The position numbers were made by a program, and so were the translations under genes. The notes under the pieces are model-generated. The model was not told the origin of the DNA. It ran no database searches and saw nothing but the letters and a program-made list of their open reading frames with translations. 64,000 bases of DNA from Candidatus Multivorans sp. (GTDB lineage: Bacteria; Acidobacteriota; Thermoanaerobaculia; Multivoradales; Multivoraceae), in the NCBI GenBank assembly GCA_965224025.1, contig OZ245033.1, positions 96,001-160,000 of the forward strand, in the 5' to 3' direction. This document shows, one piece after another, positions 37,809-46,861 of this stretch; position 1 is the first letter of the stretch; every line of letters begins with the position of its first letter.

Positions 37809-38839
37809 GCAACACCACATCCAACGGAGGAGTCCTCAAGGTCGGAATCGACCTGGGGACCTCGCGGAGTTCGATCTCGGCCGCGAACGGCCAGCGCCAC
37901 ATGGTGCAGAGCTACGTTGGCTGGCCCCGCGACATGGTGGCGAGGAAGGTGCTCGGACGCGACGTGCTGGTCGGCGCCGATGCACTGGAGCACCGCCCCA
38001 TGCTCAACCTGCGCCGGCCCCTGGAGCGGGGTCTGATCAAGGAGGGATCGGTCGAGGACGAGAAGGCAGTGCGCGAACTCGTTCGCCGGCTGCTGGAACT
38101 CGCGGCGCCCGGCGGGCCCGGGCCGGCGCCCGCGATCCACGCCGTCGTCGGCGTTCCCGCCGAGACGCTCAGGGTCAACCGCCAGAACCTGCGGCGCATT
38201 CTGACCGGCCAGGTCGCCAACACGATGATCGTCTCCGAACCGTTCGCCGTCGCCTACGGACTGGATGCCCTGCTTCACACGATGGTCATCGACATCGGCG
38301 CCGGCACGACCGACTTCTGTGTCTTGATGGGCCGCTTCCCGACCGAGGACGATCAGCGCACCCTGAGCGCCGCCGGCGACGCGGTGGACCGTCACCTGCA
38401 CGGCCTGATCGAAGAGCGCTACCCCGACGCCTCGGTGTCCATCCACATGGTGCGGGCCTGGAAGGAACGTCACTCCTTCGTCGGCGAGGGCGCCCCGGTG
38501 GTGGTCGCCGCGCCTGTGCGCGGCAAGCCGACGCGCATCGACATCACCGAGCCCATGCGGCGCGCCTGCGAGAGCCTGCTGGAGCCCTTGCGCGAGACGA
38601 TGCTGGACCTCATCGCAAGGGTCGAACCCGAGTACCAGAGCCGGATCCGCAACAACGTGATCCTCACTGGCGGCTCCGGCCTGATCCGCGGCCTCGGCGC
38701 CGAGCTGCAGCAGGCCCTCGGCGAACTCGGCGGCGGCCGCGTACGCGTGGTCAAGGATCCGGTCTTCGTCGGCTCGGACGGCGGCCTGAGCCTGGCCAGG
38801 GACGTCGACGACGAGTACTGGAAGCGCCTCTCCGCCTAG
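37805..38839 (+). CDS. Actin-like protein, MamK-like
   Basis: GIDLGTS, VVGVPA, IVSEPFAVAYGLD, IDIGAGTTDFC, KERHSFVG, GKP..DITEP..ACE, PEYQ, GGSGLIRGL, VKDPVF.G, YWKRL. Confidence 0.85.
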   Translation: MSNTTSNGGVLKVGIDLGTSRSSISAANGQRHMVQSYVGWPRDMVARKVLGRDVLVGADALEHRPMLNLRRPLERGLIKEGSVEDEKAVRELVRRLLELAAPGGPGPAPAIHAVVGVPAETLRVNRQNLRRILTGQVANTMIVSEPFAVAYGLDALLHTMVIDIGAGTTDFCVLMGRFPTEDDQRTLSAAGDAVDRHLHGLIEERYPDASVSIHMVRAWKERHSFVGEGAPVVVAAPVRGKPTRIDITEPMRRACESLLEPLRETMLDLIARVEPEYQSRIRNNVILTGGSGLIRGLGAELQQALGELGGGRVRVVKDPVFVGSDGGLSLARDVDDEYWKRLSA

Positions 38840-38847
38840 CTTCGGTT

Positions 38848-39100
38848 GCACCCGCCCGCTTCGGGGCTCCGGGGGAGGTCTCCCAGGTGCCGTGCCATCC
38901 GTGCGCCCGATGACGGGCGCACGGACTGGTTCACGGGTGGCGCGGATCGCGCCACCCGGGTTCGCGCTTGGTCGGCTTGCGAACGGGGGTGCGCTCACTG
39001 CACTACGCTCGCTCCGGCTGGGCGTCCGTTGACGTCAGGTCGTCGGGCGTCGCTCGCTCCGAGCCACCTGGGAGCCTCCCCCGGAGCCCCCGTGCTGGCT
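38848..39100. repeat. Structured inverted-repeat element copy B, containing a nested double-hairpin repeat (38898-38960)
   Basis: IR 38863-38889 / 39065-39090; GCACCCGCCC lead-in and core shared with copy A. Confidence 0.7.
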
Positions 39101-39165
39101 GGACACCGTCGTTCCACCGTTACCACCGCGCGGAACCCATGGCGGTGGGGACGGACCTCAGCGCT

Positions 39166-39960
39166 TCACTTTGTCGCGCCGTTCGGCCTGCGGGCGGGCG
39201 GGCCTGGCAGCAACGTCGCCAGCTCGGTCAGGTCGGCCACCTTGGGGCAGTCGACCTCCGGCCAGTCGTTCCATGGATCGAGCAGAACGGCGTGAACGCC
39301 AGCGGCCCGAGCGCCTACTACGTCGGCCGCATAGAGGTCGCCAACGTGAACGGTGCGCTCCGGCCGGGCGCCGATCGTCTTGAGAGCGGCTTCGAAGACT
39401 CGCGGATCGGGCTTCTCGAAACCGACCGTCTTCGAGTCGATCAGAGCGTCGAAGAGCGGGCCGAGCCCAATCGACTCAACGTTTCGCTTCATGCTGCCGT
39501 CGGAGTTGCTGACCACGGCCATGCGATAGCCGAGCGAGCGGATCCGCTCCAGCGCCTCCTTCCTTCCTGGCAGTCGCCGGTTCCAGAGTAGTTCGTTCCG
39601 GCCGGGCACGTAGAGGCGCTGCGCAAGCCCGGAGGCCATGCCGGCAAGCTCGACGCCATCGAAGCAGGCAGCCGGCAGTCGGTCCAGGATCGCCTCCAGA
39701 TAGAAGCGGAAGGTGGACCCGCCCTCAGTCGACTGCAACTCCGCCGACAGGGCCGCCGAGATATCGGGCCGGGCCGCCGCTTCCGCGCGCTCCAACTGGC
39801 GCCCGGAGCAATCGAGGCCCAGGTCCGACGCGACCTCGGCGATGCGCTCGAAGTTCATGGACAGGAAGGTGTTTCCCGCGTCGAAGAAGATCGTGTCCAG
39901 TTCTACCCAGGGCACGTCGCGCGGCGGCGTCATGTTCGTCACGGCGTCGTAGTCTGCCAT
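39166..39960 (-). CDS. HAD-superfamily hydrolase
   Basis: FFDAGNT, VVSNSD, EKPDP, HVGDLYAADVVGA. Confidence 0.9.
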   Translation of the reverse strand: MADYDAVTNMTPPRDVPWVELDTIFFDAGNTFLSMNFERIAEVASDLGLDCSGRQLERAEAAARPDISAALSAELQSTEGGSTFRFYLEAILDRLPAACFDGVELAGMASGLAQRLYVPGRNELLWNRRLPGRKEALERIRSLGYRMAVVSNSDGSMKRNVESIGLGPLFDALIDSKTVGFEKPDPRVFEAALKTIGARPERTVHVGDLYAADVVGARAAGVHAVLLDPWNDWPEVDCPKVADLTELATLLPGPPARRPNGATK

Positions 39961-40037
39961 CAGGCGCGATCGTCTATTCTCAGCACCCACACGGGCGGGA
40001 CGCGCGTGCCGCCGGACCGGCACACCGGAGGACGATC

Positions 40038-41168
40038 ATGAAGGGAAGAAGGATCACGCGAAGGACGCCGTGGGCCGCCGCCGGGGCACTCCTCTTGGCG
40101 ACGGCAGCAGCCGCCCAGGACCAGCCGGAAGCGCTGGAACGGCTCGGTACCGACCTGTTCGCTGAACTCCTGTTCAACAACCAGGGCACGGACTACGCGA
40201 TCGCGTGTTCGGTGTGCCACGCGCTCGGCGAGTCGGTGGCCGGCAAGCCGGAGCGGTTCTACGCCGACCACACGCCGACCAGCCTGACCGCCGGCCGCGA
40301 GACCACCGCTCGCAACGCCCAGACCCTGGCCGGCGTTCACCGGGCCGAAGTGTTCGGCTGGGACGGCGCCTACGACTCGATGGAGGACATGATCCTCGAG
40401 AAGCTGATCGGCATCCAGTATGGCTGGAAACCCGACGCCCGCGAAGAGGCGATCGACAACGCCGCCTACGTGCTGCTGGACGAGGGCCACAATGCGATCT
40501 CGGGCGTGCCCTACGTCGAGCAGTTCCAGGAGGTCTACGGACTCGATCTGGAATCGCTGGAACGGCCGGAACTCGCGGCGGCGGCCGCCCGCGCCCTGGC
40601 CGACTACACGCGCACCTTCGATTTCTCGATGACCTCGCGCTGGGATGCGTTCACCGAACAGAACCGCTTCCGCACGGCGCCGAACGCGGGCGAAGACATC
40701 ATGAACTACGCCGCGAGCATCGAGAGCCGAATCTACAACCAGGAGGGCCGCGGCCTGATCCGGCGGCCGGAGGGGTTCACCGAAGCCGCGTACGAAGGCT
40801 TCAAGACCTTCTTCCGCGTGTTCGACGTGGAGTCGGTGGGAAACTGTGTCCGCTGCCATGTGCCGCCGACCTTCAGCGACTACGCCCTCCACGGCGCCGG
40901 CGGCGGCAGCTTCAAGACCCCGCCGCTGAGGAACCTGCCGCGCACCGACCCTTACCTCCACGACGGCAGCGCCGCCACGCTGGGGGAGGTACTCCAGGGC
41001 CACATGGCGCTGGCCGAAGCGGCCCGTGGCGAAGAGGAAGGCGTCGACGCGCTATTCGGCGAAATCCGAATCTCGGAGGCCGACATCGGACCGCTGGTCC
41101 AGTACCTCAGGATGCTGGACGAGGTGGATCCCGCGAACTTCCGCTACTACCTGATCAACTTCGAGTGA
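40038..41168 (+). CDS. Di-heme cytochrome c peroxidase/MauG family protein
   Basis: Signal peptide; CSVCH and CVRCH; RNAQTL; FGWDG; FKTPPLRN...PYLHDG. Confidence 0.85.
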   Translation: MKGRRITRRTPWAAAGALLLATAAAAQDQPEALERLGTDLFAELLFNNQGTDYAIACSVCHALGESVAGKPERFYADHTPTSLTAGRETTARNAQTLAGVHRAEVFGWDGAYDSMEDMILEKLIGIQYGWKPDAREEAIDNAAYVLLDEGHNAISGVPYVEQFQEVYGLDLESLERPELAAAAARALADYTRTFDFSMTSRWDAFTEQNRFRTAPNAGEDIMNYAASIESRIYNQEGRGLIRRPEGFTEAAYEGFKTFFRVFDVESVGNCVRCHVPPTFSDYALHGAGGGSFKTPPLRNLPRTDPYLHDGSAATLGEVLQGHMALAEAARGEEEGVDALFGEIRISEADIGPLVQYLRMLDEVDPANFRYYLINFE

Positions 41169-41839
41169 GCGCGGCAAGGCGGGCAACCGGCCCGCATCCG
41201 GTTGGCCTGCTCCTCGTCGCCCTCCTCTTGGCGGCGCCGCTCGCCGCCGCCCCGACGATGGAACGCACGGACGCTCTGCCGCCCGACCTGCCGGACTGGC
41301 TTGTCACCCTGCTCGATCCGTCCGGCTACCGGGTGATCCGCGATGAAGGCGAGCCAATCGAGTTCTGGTTCCCTCCCGCGCTGCCGATGCAGGACCCCTC
41401 AGCCGAGCTCGGCGTCGAGTACCCCACCCTGCCGCCGGGCGGTCTGATCGGGATCGTCCGTACGACCGGTGAGTGGAGCACCTACAAGGCGCAGATCGTG
41501 CCGCCGGGCACCTACACGCTCCGCTACGCGGTGCAGCCCGCCGACGGCGATCACACCGGGCAAACCTGGTTCCGCGACTTCCTGCTGCTCATTCCGCTGG
41601 CGCTCGACAGTTTCGACCCCTACGGCGTCCCCGAGCAGGAACCGCTGGTCGAAGCCAGCAACACGATCATCGAGGGCGGCACCCATCCGATGACCATGGC
41701 GCTGTTCCAGAACTACGACGACACGGGCGCCGCCGGCATGTTCTGGAACGACCTCGACCAGCCCACCCTGGCGGTGCCACTCGGCGACGTCACCTTGGGG
41801 CTGGTGATCGAAGGCCAGGGCGAAGAAGTGCCGCTCTAG
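41165..41839 (+). CDS. Secreted hypothetical protein coupled to the di-heme enzyme
   Basis: GTGA overlap; signal peptide; PGTYTLRYAVQPADGDHTG..RDFLLL. Confidence 0.7.
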   Translation: MSAARRATGPHPVGLLLVALLLAAPLAAAPTMERTDALPPDLPDWLVTLLDPSGYRVIRDEGEPIEFWFPPALPMQDPSAELGVEYPTLPPGGLIGIVRTTGEWSTYKAQIVPPGTYTLRYAVQPADGDHTGQTWFRDFLLLIPLALDSFDPYGVPEQEPLVEASNTIIEGGTHPMTMALFQNYDDTGAAGMFWNDLDQPTLAVPLGDVTLGLVIEGQGEEVPL

Positions 41840-41899
41840 CCGACTCCACCCCTGGGACCCCGGGTGGCGCGACTCGCCCGCGTCCGGCCCCGAGGCCGC

Positions 41900-42703
41900 T
41901 CAACGATTCCGCGTCAACGGCACAAACCGCACCGGGATCACGCGGGTTCGCTCCACCTCTCCGTCGGCCTTCTTCTCCAGCACCTGGAGTTCCTGGCGGC
42001 CGCCCCGCGGTCCCATCGGCAGAACGAGCCGGCCGCCGGTCGCCAACTGCTCGATCAGCGGCCGCGGCACGTGGTCCGGCGCCGCCGTGACGACGATCGC
42101 GTCGAACGGCGCCTCGTCGGGCCAACCGGCGTAGCCGTCGCCGATCCGGGTCGTCACGTTCTCGTACCCGCCCATATCGAGCGCCGCCGCCGCCCGCAGC
42201 CCCAGGGGCTCCACGATCTCGATCGTGTACACGTGATCCACGATCTCGGCCAGCACGGCGGCCTGGTAACCCGAGCCGGTGCCGATCTCGAGCACCTTGT
42301 CCCCCGCGTCGGGCACCGCAAGCTCGGTCATCAGCGCCACGATGTACGGCTGCGAGATCGTCTGCTGCCAGCCGATTCCAAGCGGCGAATCGCGATAGGC
42401 CCAGTCGCGTATCTCCTCGGGAACGAACAGGTGACGCTCTACCTTCTCCATCGCGCCGATCACCCGGACGTCAAGCACCGGCGGGCGGCCGTCGCGGGGC
42501 TCGGCGATCGTGTCGCGCACCATGCGCCGCCGGAGTTCGGCGAAGTCCACCCGTTCCTGGGCCGACACGGTCGAGCCCGCGAACCCCATGACTGCTGCTG
42601 CCGCAACCCCGAGCCGCCAAGCCGGGCTCGAACCGCGCCGGAAGCCCGCGTGTAGCCTTCGCAGGCTCTTGCCGACACCGCCGCCAACCGAGATCCGCGT
42701 CAT
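41900..42703 (-). CDS. pcm: Protein-L-isoaspartate O-methyltransferase
   Basis: QTISQPYIVALM, VLEIGTGSGYQAA, APFDAIVVTAA, VRFVPL; N-terminal signal-like extension. Confidence 0.92.
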   Translation of the reverse strand: MTRISVGGGVGKSLRRLHAGFRRGSSPAWRLGVAAAAVMGFAGSTVSAQERVDFAELRRRMVRDTIAEPRDGRPPVLDVRVIGAMEKVERHLFVPEEIRDWAYRDSPLGIGWQQTISQPYIVALMTELAVPDAGDKVLEIGTGSGYQAAVLAEIVDHVYTIEIVEPLGLRAAAALDMGGYENVTTRIGDGYAGWPDEAPFDAIVVTAAPDHVPRPLIEQLATGGRLVLPMGPRGGRQELQVLEKKADGEVERTRVIPVRFVPLTRNR

Positions 42704-42769
42704 CGTCTCTCCCGTCACTCCCGCCGTCAGTCTGTGGAACCGACCGGGCCTCCAAGCGTACATGGGGTC

Positions 42770-43124
42770 ATGGGCCTGCTCGAGCGCCGGCTTCGCCATG
42801 CAGCAGCTCCTGCAGGTCTGGCTGCTGGCGGGCGTACTTCCAGCATCTTCAACGCCGGCGCCTTCCTGACCGTGTTCCCCTTCATCGTCCTTCGCGTCTA
42901 CGAGGGCGACGCGGAACTCCTGTCCTGGCTGATGATCGTCTTCTTCGCGGGCGCTGTCGTCTCCAATCTCCGGCCGCGTCATGTCCGTCTTCGGCCTCGG
43001 CCTGCTCGGCGGCTCGCTGATCGGCGCCCTCGCCGGCCTCGTCCCCGGCATGGCTGCCTCGGTGCTGCTGTTCGTGTACAGCATGGCGGCAACCGGGCTG
43101 TGGCGGTATCGGAGTTCACCGTAG
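42770..43124 (+). pseudogene. Decayed MFS-type transporter fragments
   Basis: Hydrophobic pieces in different frames (IFNAGAFLTVFPFIVLRVYEG; FGLGLLGGSLIGALAGLVPGM...LWRY). Confidence 0.5.
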
Positions 43125-43216
43125 CCTGGCCAGCGCCTGCGCGGCAGAAACCGGGTGCGCCGACGTTCTGACCGGCATTCGGCGAGGTAGCGCCCGGCCT
43201 CGGGAGTTCCGGCGCG

Positions 43217-43966
43217 CTAGTGGTTGGGCAGATCTCCGCGCAACCGAGCCTTGAGACTCGCCACCTCGCGCTCCAACCGGGCGACGGCTGCCCGGCCTGC
43301 ATCTGCCGCGGCTCTGGCTTCCTCTGCCGCGGCTCTGGCTTCCCCGACCTGATCGCTGCGCTCGAAGGCCTCCTCGCACGTCGGCAGGTACTTTCCCGGC
43401 GCTTGGTCGAAGAATCGGAGTTCGCCGCGCTCGAGCCGCAGCTCCAGGCCCAGGAGGCTGCGGAAACGGAGGCTGCCGTCGACCTGGACGACCGGGGCGA
43501 CAGGCAGGTACCCGCCATCGACGAGCCGCGAACCCTTGAGCACCGGGTCCAGGTAGTCGCCCGTGGGGTCGTACTGCCAGTACTCGTCCACCCCAAGTTG
43601 CCGGTACAGCCGGCGTTTCCGGCCCTCGTCCACCGTCCTCGTGTGCCTGGACGTGATCTCCAGCACGAAGTCGGGCGTCCTGCCTCCTTCCGCCCATACC
43701 AGCCAGGTGCTCCTCGGCGGCAACTTGGGCGCGCCGAGGACCACGAAGATGTCCGGCGCCACCGACCGCTTCGGATCGCCCTCCTCGTAGTAGAGGAGCA
43801 TGTCGACGCCAACGTAGACGTCCGGCCGGCCGCTGAAGTGCCGGCCGATGGCTTGACGCGCGTCCATCGTGACCACGGCGTGGCGTTCTGTTTCGGCCAT
43901 GGGGATGCCGTCCGAATGCGGATACTCGACCGAAGCGATAGCGACCTGGCTCTTCATTTGAACCAT
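43217..43966 (-). CDS. Uma2 family restriction-endonuclease-like protein
   Basis: YPHSDGIPMAET, VAPDIFVV, PDFVLEITS, GVDEYWQYDP; C-terminal coiled coil. Confidence 0.9.
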   Translation of the reverse strand: MVQMKSQVAIASVEYPHSDGIPMAETERHAVVTMDARQAIGRHFSGRPDVYVGVDMLLYYEEGDPKRSVAPDIFVVLGAPKLPPRSTWLVWAEGGRTPDFVLEITSRHTRTVDEGRKRRLYRQLGVDEYWQYDPTGDYLDPVLKGSRLVDGGYLPVAPVVQVDGSLRFRSLLGLELRLERGELRFFDQAPGKYLPTCEEAFERSDQVGEARAAAEEARAAADAGRAAVARLEREVASLKARLRGDLPNH

Positions 43967-44077
43967 CGGCAAGGACCCTCCATGGCCAGCGGCGGCCGGG
44001 CGCCGTCCTGGAACCCGGGCGCCGCTCACGGCAAAACGTCCTCTTGACTATAGACGGATTGGCGGCCGCAAACCCGG

Positions 44078-45046
44078 TCACTCGCTGCCGATCAACGGCG
44101 GAAAACGCACTTCCCCCACCCGGGTCCGCTCCACAGAACCGTCGGCCCGCTTCTCCAGTACCTGGAGTACCTGCATTCCGTTCTCAGGACCCACCGGCGC
44201 CACGAGCTTCCCGCCCACTGCAAGCTGATCGATCAACGTCCGCGGCACGGACTCCACCGGCGCCTTGATGACGATCGAGTCGAACGGCGCGAGCTCTGGC
44301 CACCCCTGGTTGCCGTCGTCGATCCGGATCGTCACGTTGCCGTAGCCAAGGTCGCCCAGAGTGGCGGCCGCCCGTACGGCCAGGGGCTCAACGGGCTCGA
44401 TCGTGTAGACGTGGCCGGCCATCTCGGACAGCACGGCGGCCGAGTAGCCGGAGCCGGTACCGACCTCCAGCACCTTGCGGTCGGGAACAGGCACCGTGAA
44501 TGCGGTGAACACGGAGGCCTCTTTGCCGGCGCCGATCTCCACTTCGCGGGTGAGGACGGGCACTGCAAGTTCGGCCATCAGCAGAACGGTGTATGCATCT
44601 GGAATCGTCCGCCCCCAGCCGATCGGCAGCGCAGTGGGTCGATAGGCCCTGTCTTGCTGGGTCTCCGACACGAAGCGGTGCCGGGGCACCCGCATGATGA
44701 CGTTCAGAGCGCGGTCGACGCTGATGTCGGTCGGAGGTCCCGACCGGCCAAACAGGAACTCCATCCGCTCACGCTCTTCAAGCCGCTCGTAGCGGGCGAG
44801 GCCGGCCACGCTGCTGGCCACCTGGACTGCGAAGTACGATACCGCGAAGAGCGTGAACACGCCGGCCGCCCACACGACGACAGGACCGAACGCAAGCGGG
44901 CGAGCGGCCGAACGATCCGCCAGTCGCCCCTTCAGCACAGCCGCGAGAGGACGGTCAAGCCGAATCCCCTGACGGCCGAACAGCCCATGCCCCCGCGCCT
45001 GGTCGCCGATTCGCGGCTGGAAAGCCAAGGGTCGCCAGATCTTCAC
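44078..45046 (-). CDS. pcm: Second, divergent protein-L-isoaspartate O-methyltransferase paralog
   Basis: VPRHRFV, LPIGWGRTI, VLEVGTGSGY, APFDSI, VRFPPL; N-terminal TM. Confidence 0.75.
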   Translation of the reverse strand: MKIWRPLAFQPRIGDQARGHGLFGRQGIRLDRPLAAVLKGRLADRSAARPLAFGPVVVWAAGVFTLFAVSYFAVQVASSVAGLARYERLEERERMEFLFGRSGPPTDISVDRALNVIMRVPRHRFVSETQQDRAYRPTALPIGWGRTIPDAYTVLLMAELAVPVLTREVEIGAGKEASVFTAFTVPVPDRKVLEVGTGSGYSAAVLSEMAGHVYTIEPVEPLAVRAAATLGDLGYGNVTIRIDDGNQGWPELAPFDSIVIKAPVESVPRTLIDQLAVGGKLVAPVGPENGMQVLQVLEKRADGSVERTRVGEVRFPPLIGSE

Positions 45047-45053
45047 CCTAGCC

Positions 45054-45817
45054 TTAGAAGTCGGGTTCTGCCGGACAGTCCTCGTCGCTGCCTTCGATCA
45101 GCGTGTACCCGCCGTCAGAGTTCGGAAAATAGTCGCATGTCATGGATGACCCGCAACCTGGGGTGTTCGGGTGGTCAACGCACTGATCGCTTCCGCCGCC
45201 GGGACCGGGATCGGTTCCGCCGCCGGGGTTGGTGCCTCCGGGGTTGGGGCCACCGCCACCGCCGGGGTTGGGATTGGGGAGGCCCCTGGCGCGGCGCACA
45301 TCTCCACAAGTTTGGGAAGTAATGGCGCGGGGCCTACGCGGCCTCCCCACCCACATGATGCTCCCTGCGTTGCCATTGCGCGGCCCGCACATCACCATTG
45401 TCGTGTTCCTCAATCCGAGCACGTGTCCTAGTTCGTGCGTGTAGACGTCATTTTGCGGGCAAGGCACGTCCTTGTTGATCCTGAAAACGTTGCGATTGGC
45501 CTCCGCGCAGGCCCCACGATTGACCATCTGACTGTCAGACACAACAGATACCTGTACGACGTGCGCACCCGAAACTGCGCCAGCTTGTCCTCCGAAGGCG
45601 AAACTCGGAATGACGGACGCGGCGCGGCACGAGTTCCTCCAAGCGGAAGTGGCGGACCCAAGTTTGCCCCAATCTACATCCGAGCCTACAAAATGGATCT
45701 TCGCCGAAGTGGTGCCCGAGAAGCGATTGAGCGTACAGCCGACTTGCCCCCAGACATCGCCAGTAGAGCTGCGCCGAGAACAAAGGCGGCGCAGCAAGAC
45801 AGTTTGAGCTTTCTCAT
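45054..45817 (-). CDS. Secreted metzincin-like metallopeptidase with Pro/Gly linker and Cys-rich tail; 1-base frameshift after the signal peptide
   Basis: ATG 45817 overlaps the upstream stop; signal peptide in one frame, body in another across a G5 run (45747-51); HELGHVLGL; SIM Met-turn. Confidence 0.6.
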
Positions 45818-46764
45818 TTCTGGTCCGTCCTGGGGCAGACGAAGCGGCTCGGAACCAACCCTTCCCCGGGTCTCTCTGCAACCGCCGCAATCCGACAGCC
45901 ATTGGATTCGTAGGCCCGCCACGTCTCGACGAACTCCCTACGGTCAGGCGAGCCGAACTCCTGGGATACGAGGTGCCTTGTCATGTCGAACAAGCCTCCG
46001 GCTACCGCTTCGTCCGCTCGTGCTTGCAGTCCCGTTAGTGTGGTGGGACCGCCGGACGTCACCGTGACATCCCACTGCAGAGTTCCTTGATCGCGCACCT
46101 GGGCCAAGGTTCCACCATGGGTCCACCACTGCTTCACCCGCACCACGTCTTCAGCGGGCCAGTTCCCCAGGACCACCACGCGGTCGCCGACTTCCGGCTG
46201 GGCTGTACCTCCCCAGACTATGTCCGATGGGTTTACCGCACAGAAGACGCGGCTGTGCACCACCAGTCGGTCGACCGGAACCACAATGTAGCCAACGGTC
46301 CTCGCCCGCTGATGCAGTGGCACAATGTCGGACAACTCGAACAGCAGTCCAGGGTTGCCGTTCGTGAGGAAGCCAGGAATCGCCTCGTTGAGCGTAGCGG
46401 CAACTGCCACCTCCGACAGCAGTAGCACGGAGATGAATCGTCCGTCGTGCTCGGTCTCCGGATAGGAGCCGAGTTCCATTACATCCGGGGCACACCATTG
46501 ATCGGTCGATGGGACATCGCCGTTCTCTAGCCCGTGATCGACGGCGCTTCGCTGAAGCTGCCACTCAAGTCCTTCTCGAAGCCGATCATGGACGCCTGTA
46601 GACTTCACGAATCCATCGGCGGTCAGCACACGCGAGGCGGCCACCCATTCGTAGCCGAAGTCTATGTCGCGGTTCCCCAGGGTCGTGGGGTGTCCTTCGG
46701 CAAAGGCAGCCGATGCCAGTTGTGGCACCAACAACGCGCCGAGAACGATCCCGTGTCTCTTCAT
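45814..46764 (-). CDS. Secreted hypothetical protein
   Basis: GGAGG RBS; signal peptide MKRHGIVLGALLV..AFA; lower-GC codon usage. Confidence 0.65.
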   Translation of the reverse strand: MKRHGIVLGALLVPQLASAAFAEGHPTTLGNRDIDFGYEWVAASRVLTADGFVKSTGVHDRLREGLEWQLQRSAVDHGLENGDVPSTDQWCAPDVMELGSYPETEHDGRFISVLLLSEVAVAATLNEAIPGFLTNGNPGLLFELSDIVPLHQRARTVGYIVVPVDRLVVHSRVFCAVNPSDIVWGGTAQPEVGDRVVVLGNWPAEDVVRVKQWWTHGGTLAQVRDQGTLQWDVTVTSGGPTTLTGLQARADEAVAGGLFDMTRHLVSQEFGSPDRREFVETWRAYESNGCRIAAVAERPGEGLVPSRFVCPRTDQK

Positions 46765-46861
46765 CCTGTCCTCCTTGGTCTGAGACGCTTCAGTCCGCCG
46801 TCCGCGGCACACCCGTAGGCCACAGGGGGGTGATGACCGAACATGCTAGCCGGTTAGGCCA

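Noticed and set aside
37805-38839. Magnetosome gene cluster or ordinary mreB
   Set aside because: No other mam/mms genes and no mreCD/rodA in the window; motifs fit MamK better than MreB
43300-43345. 21-bp tandem repeat
   Set aside because: Encodes the EARAAAE coiled-coil tail typical of Uma2 proteins
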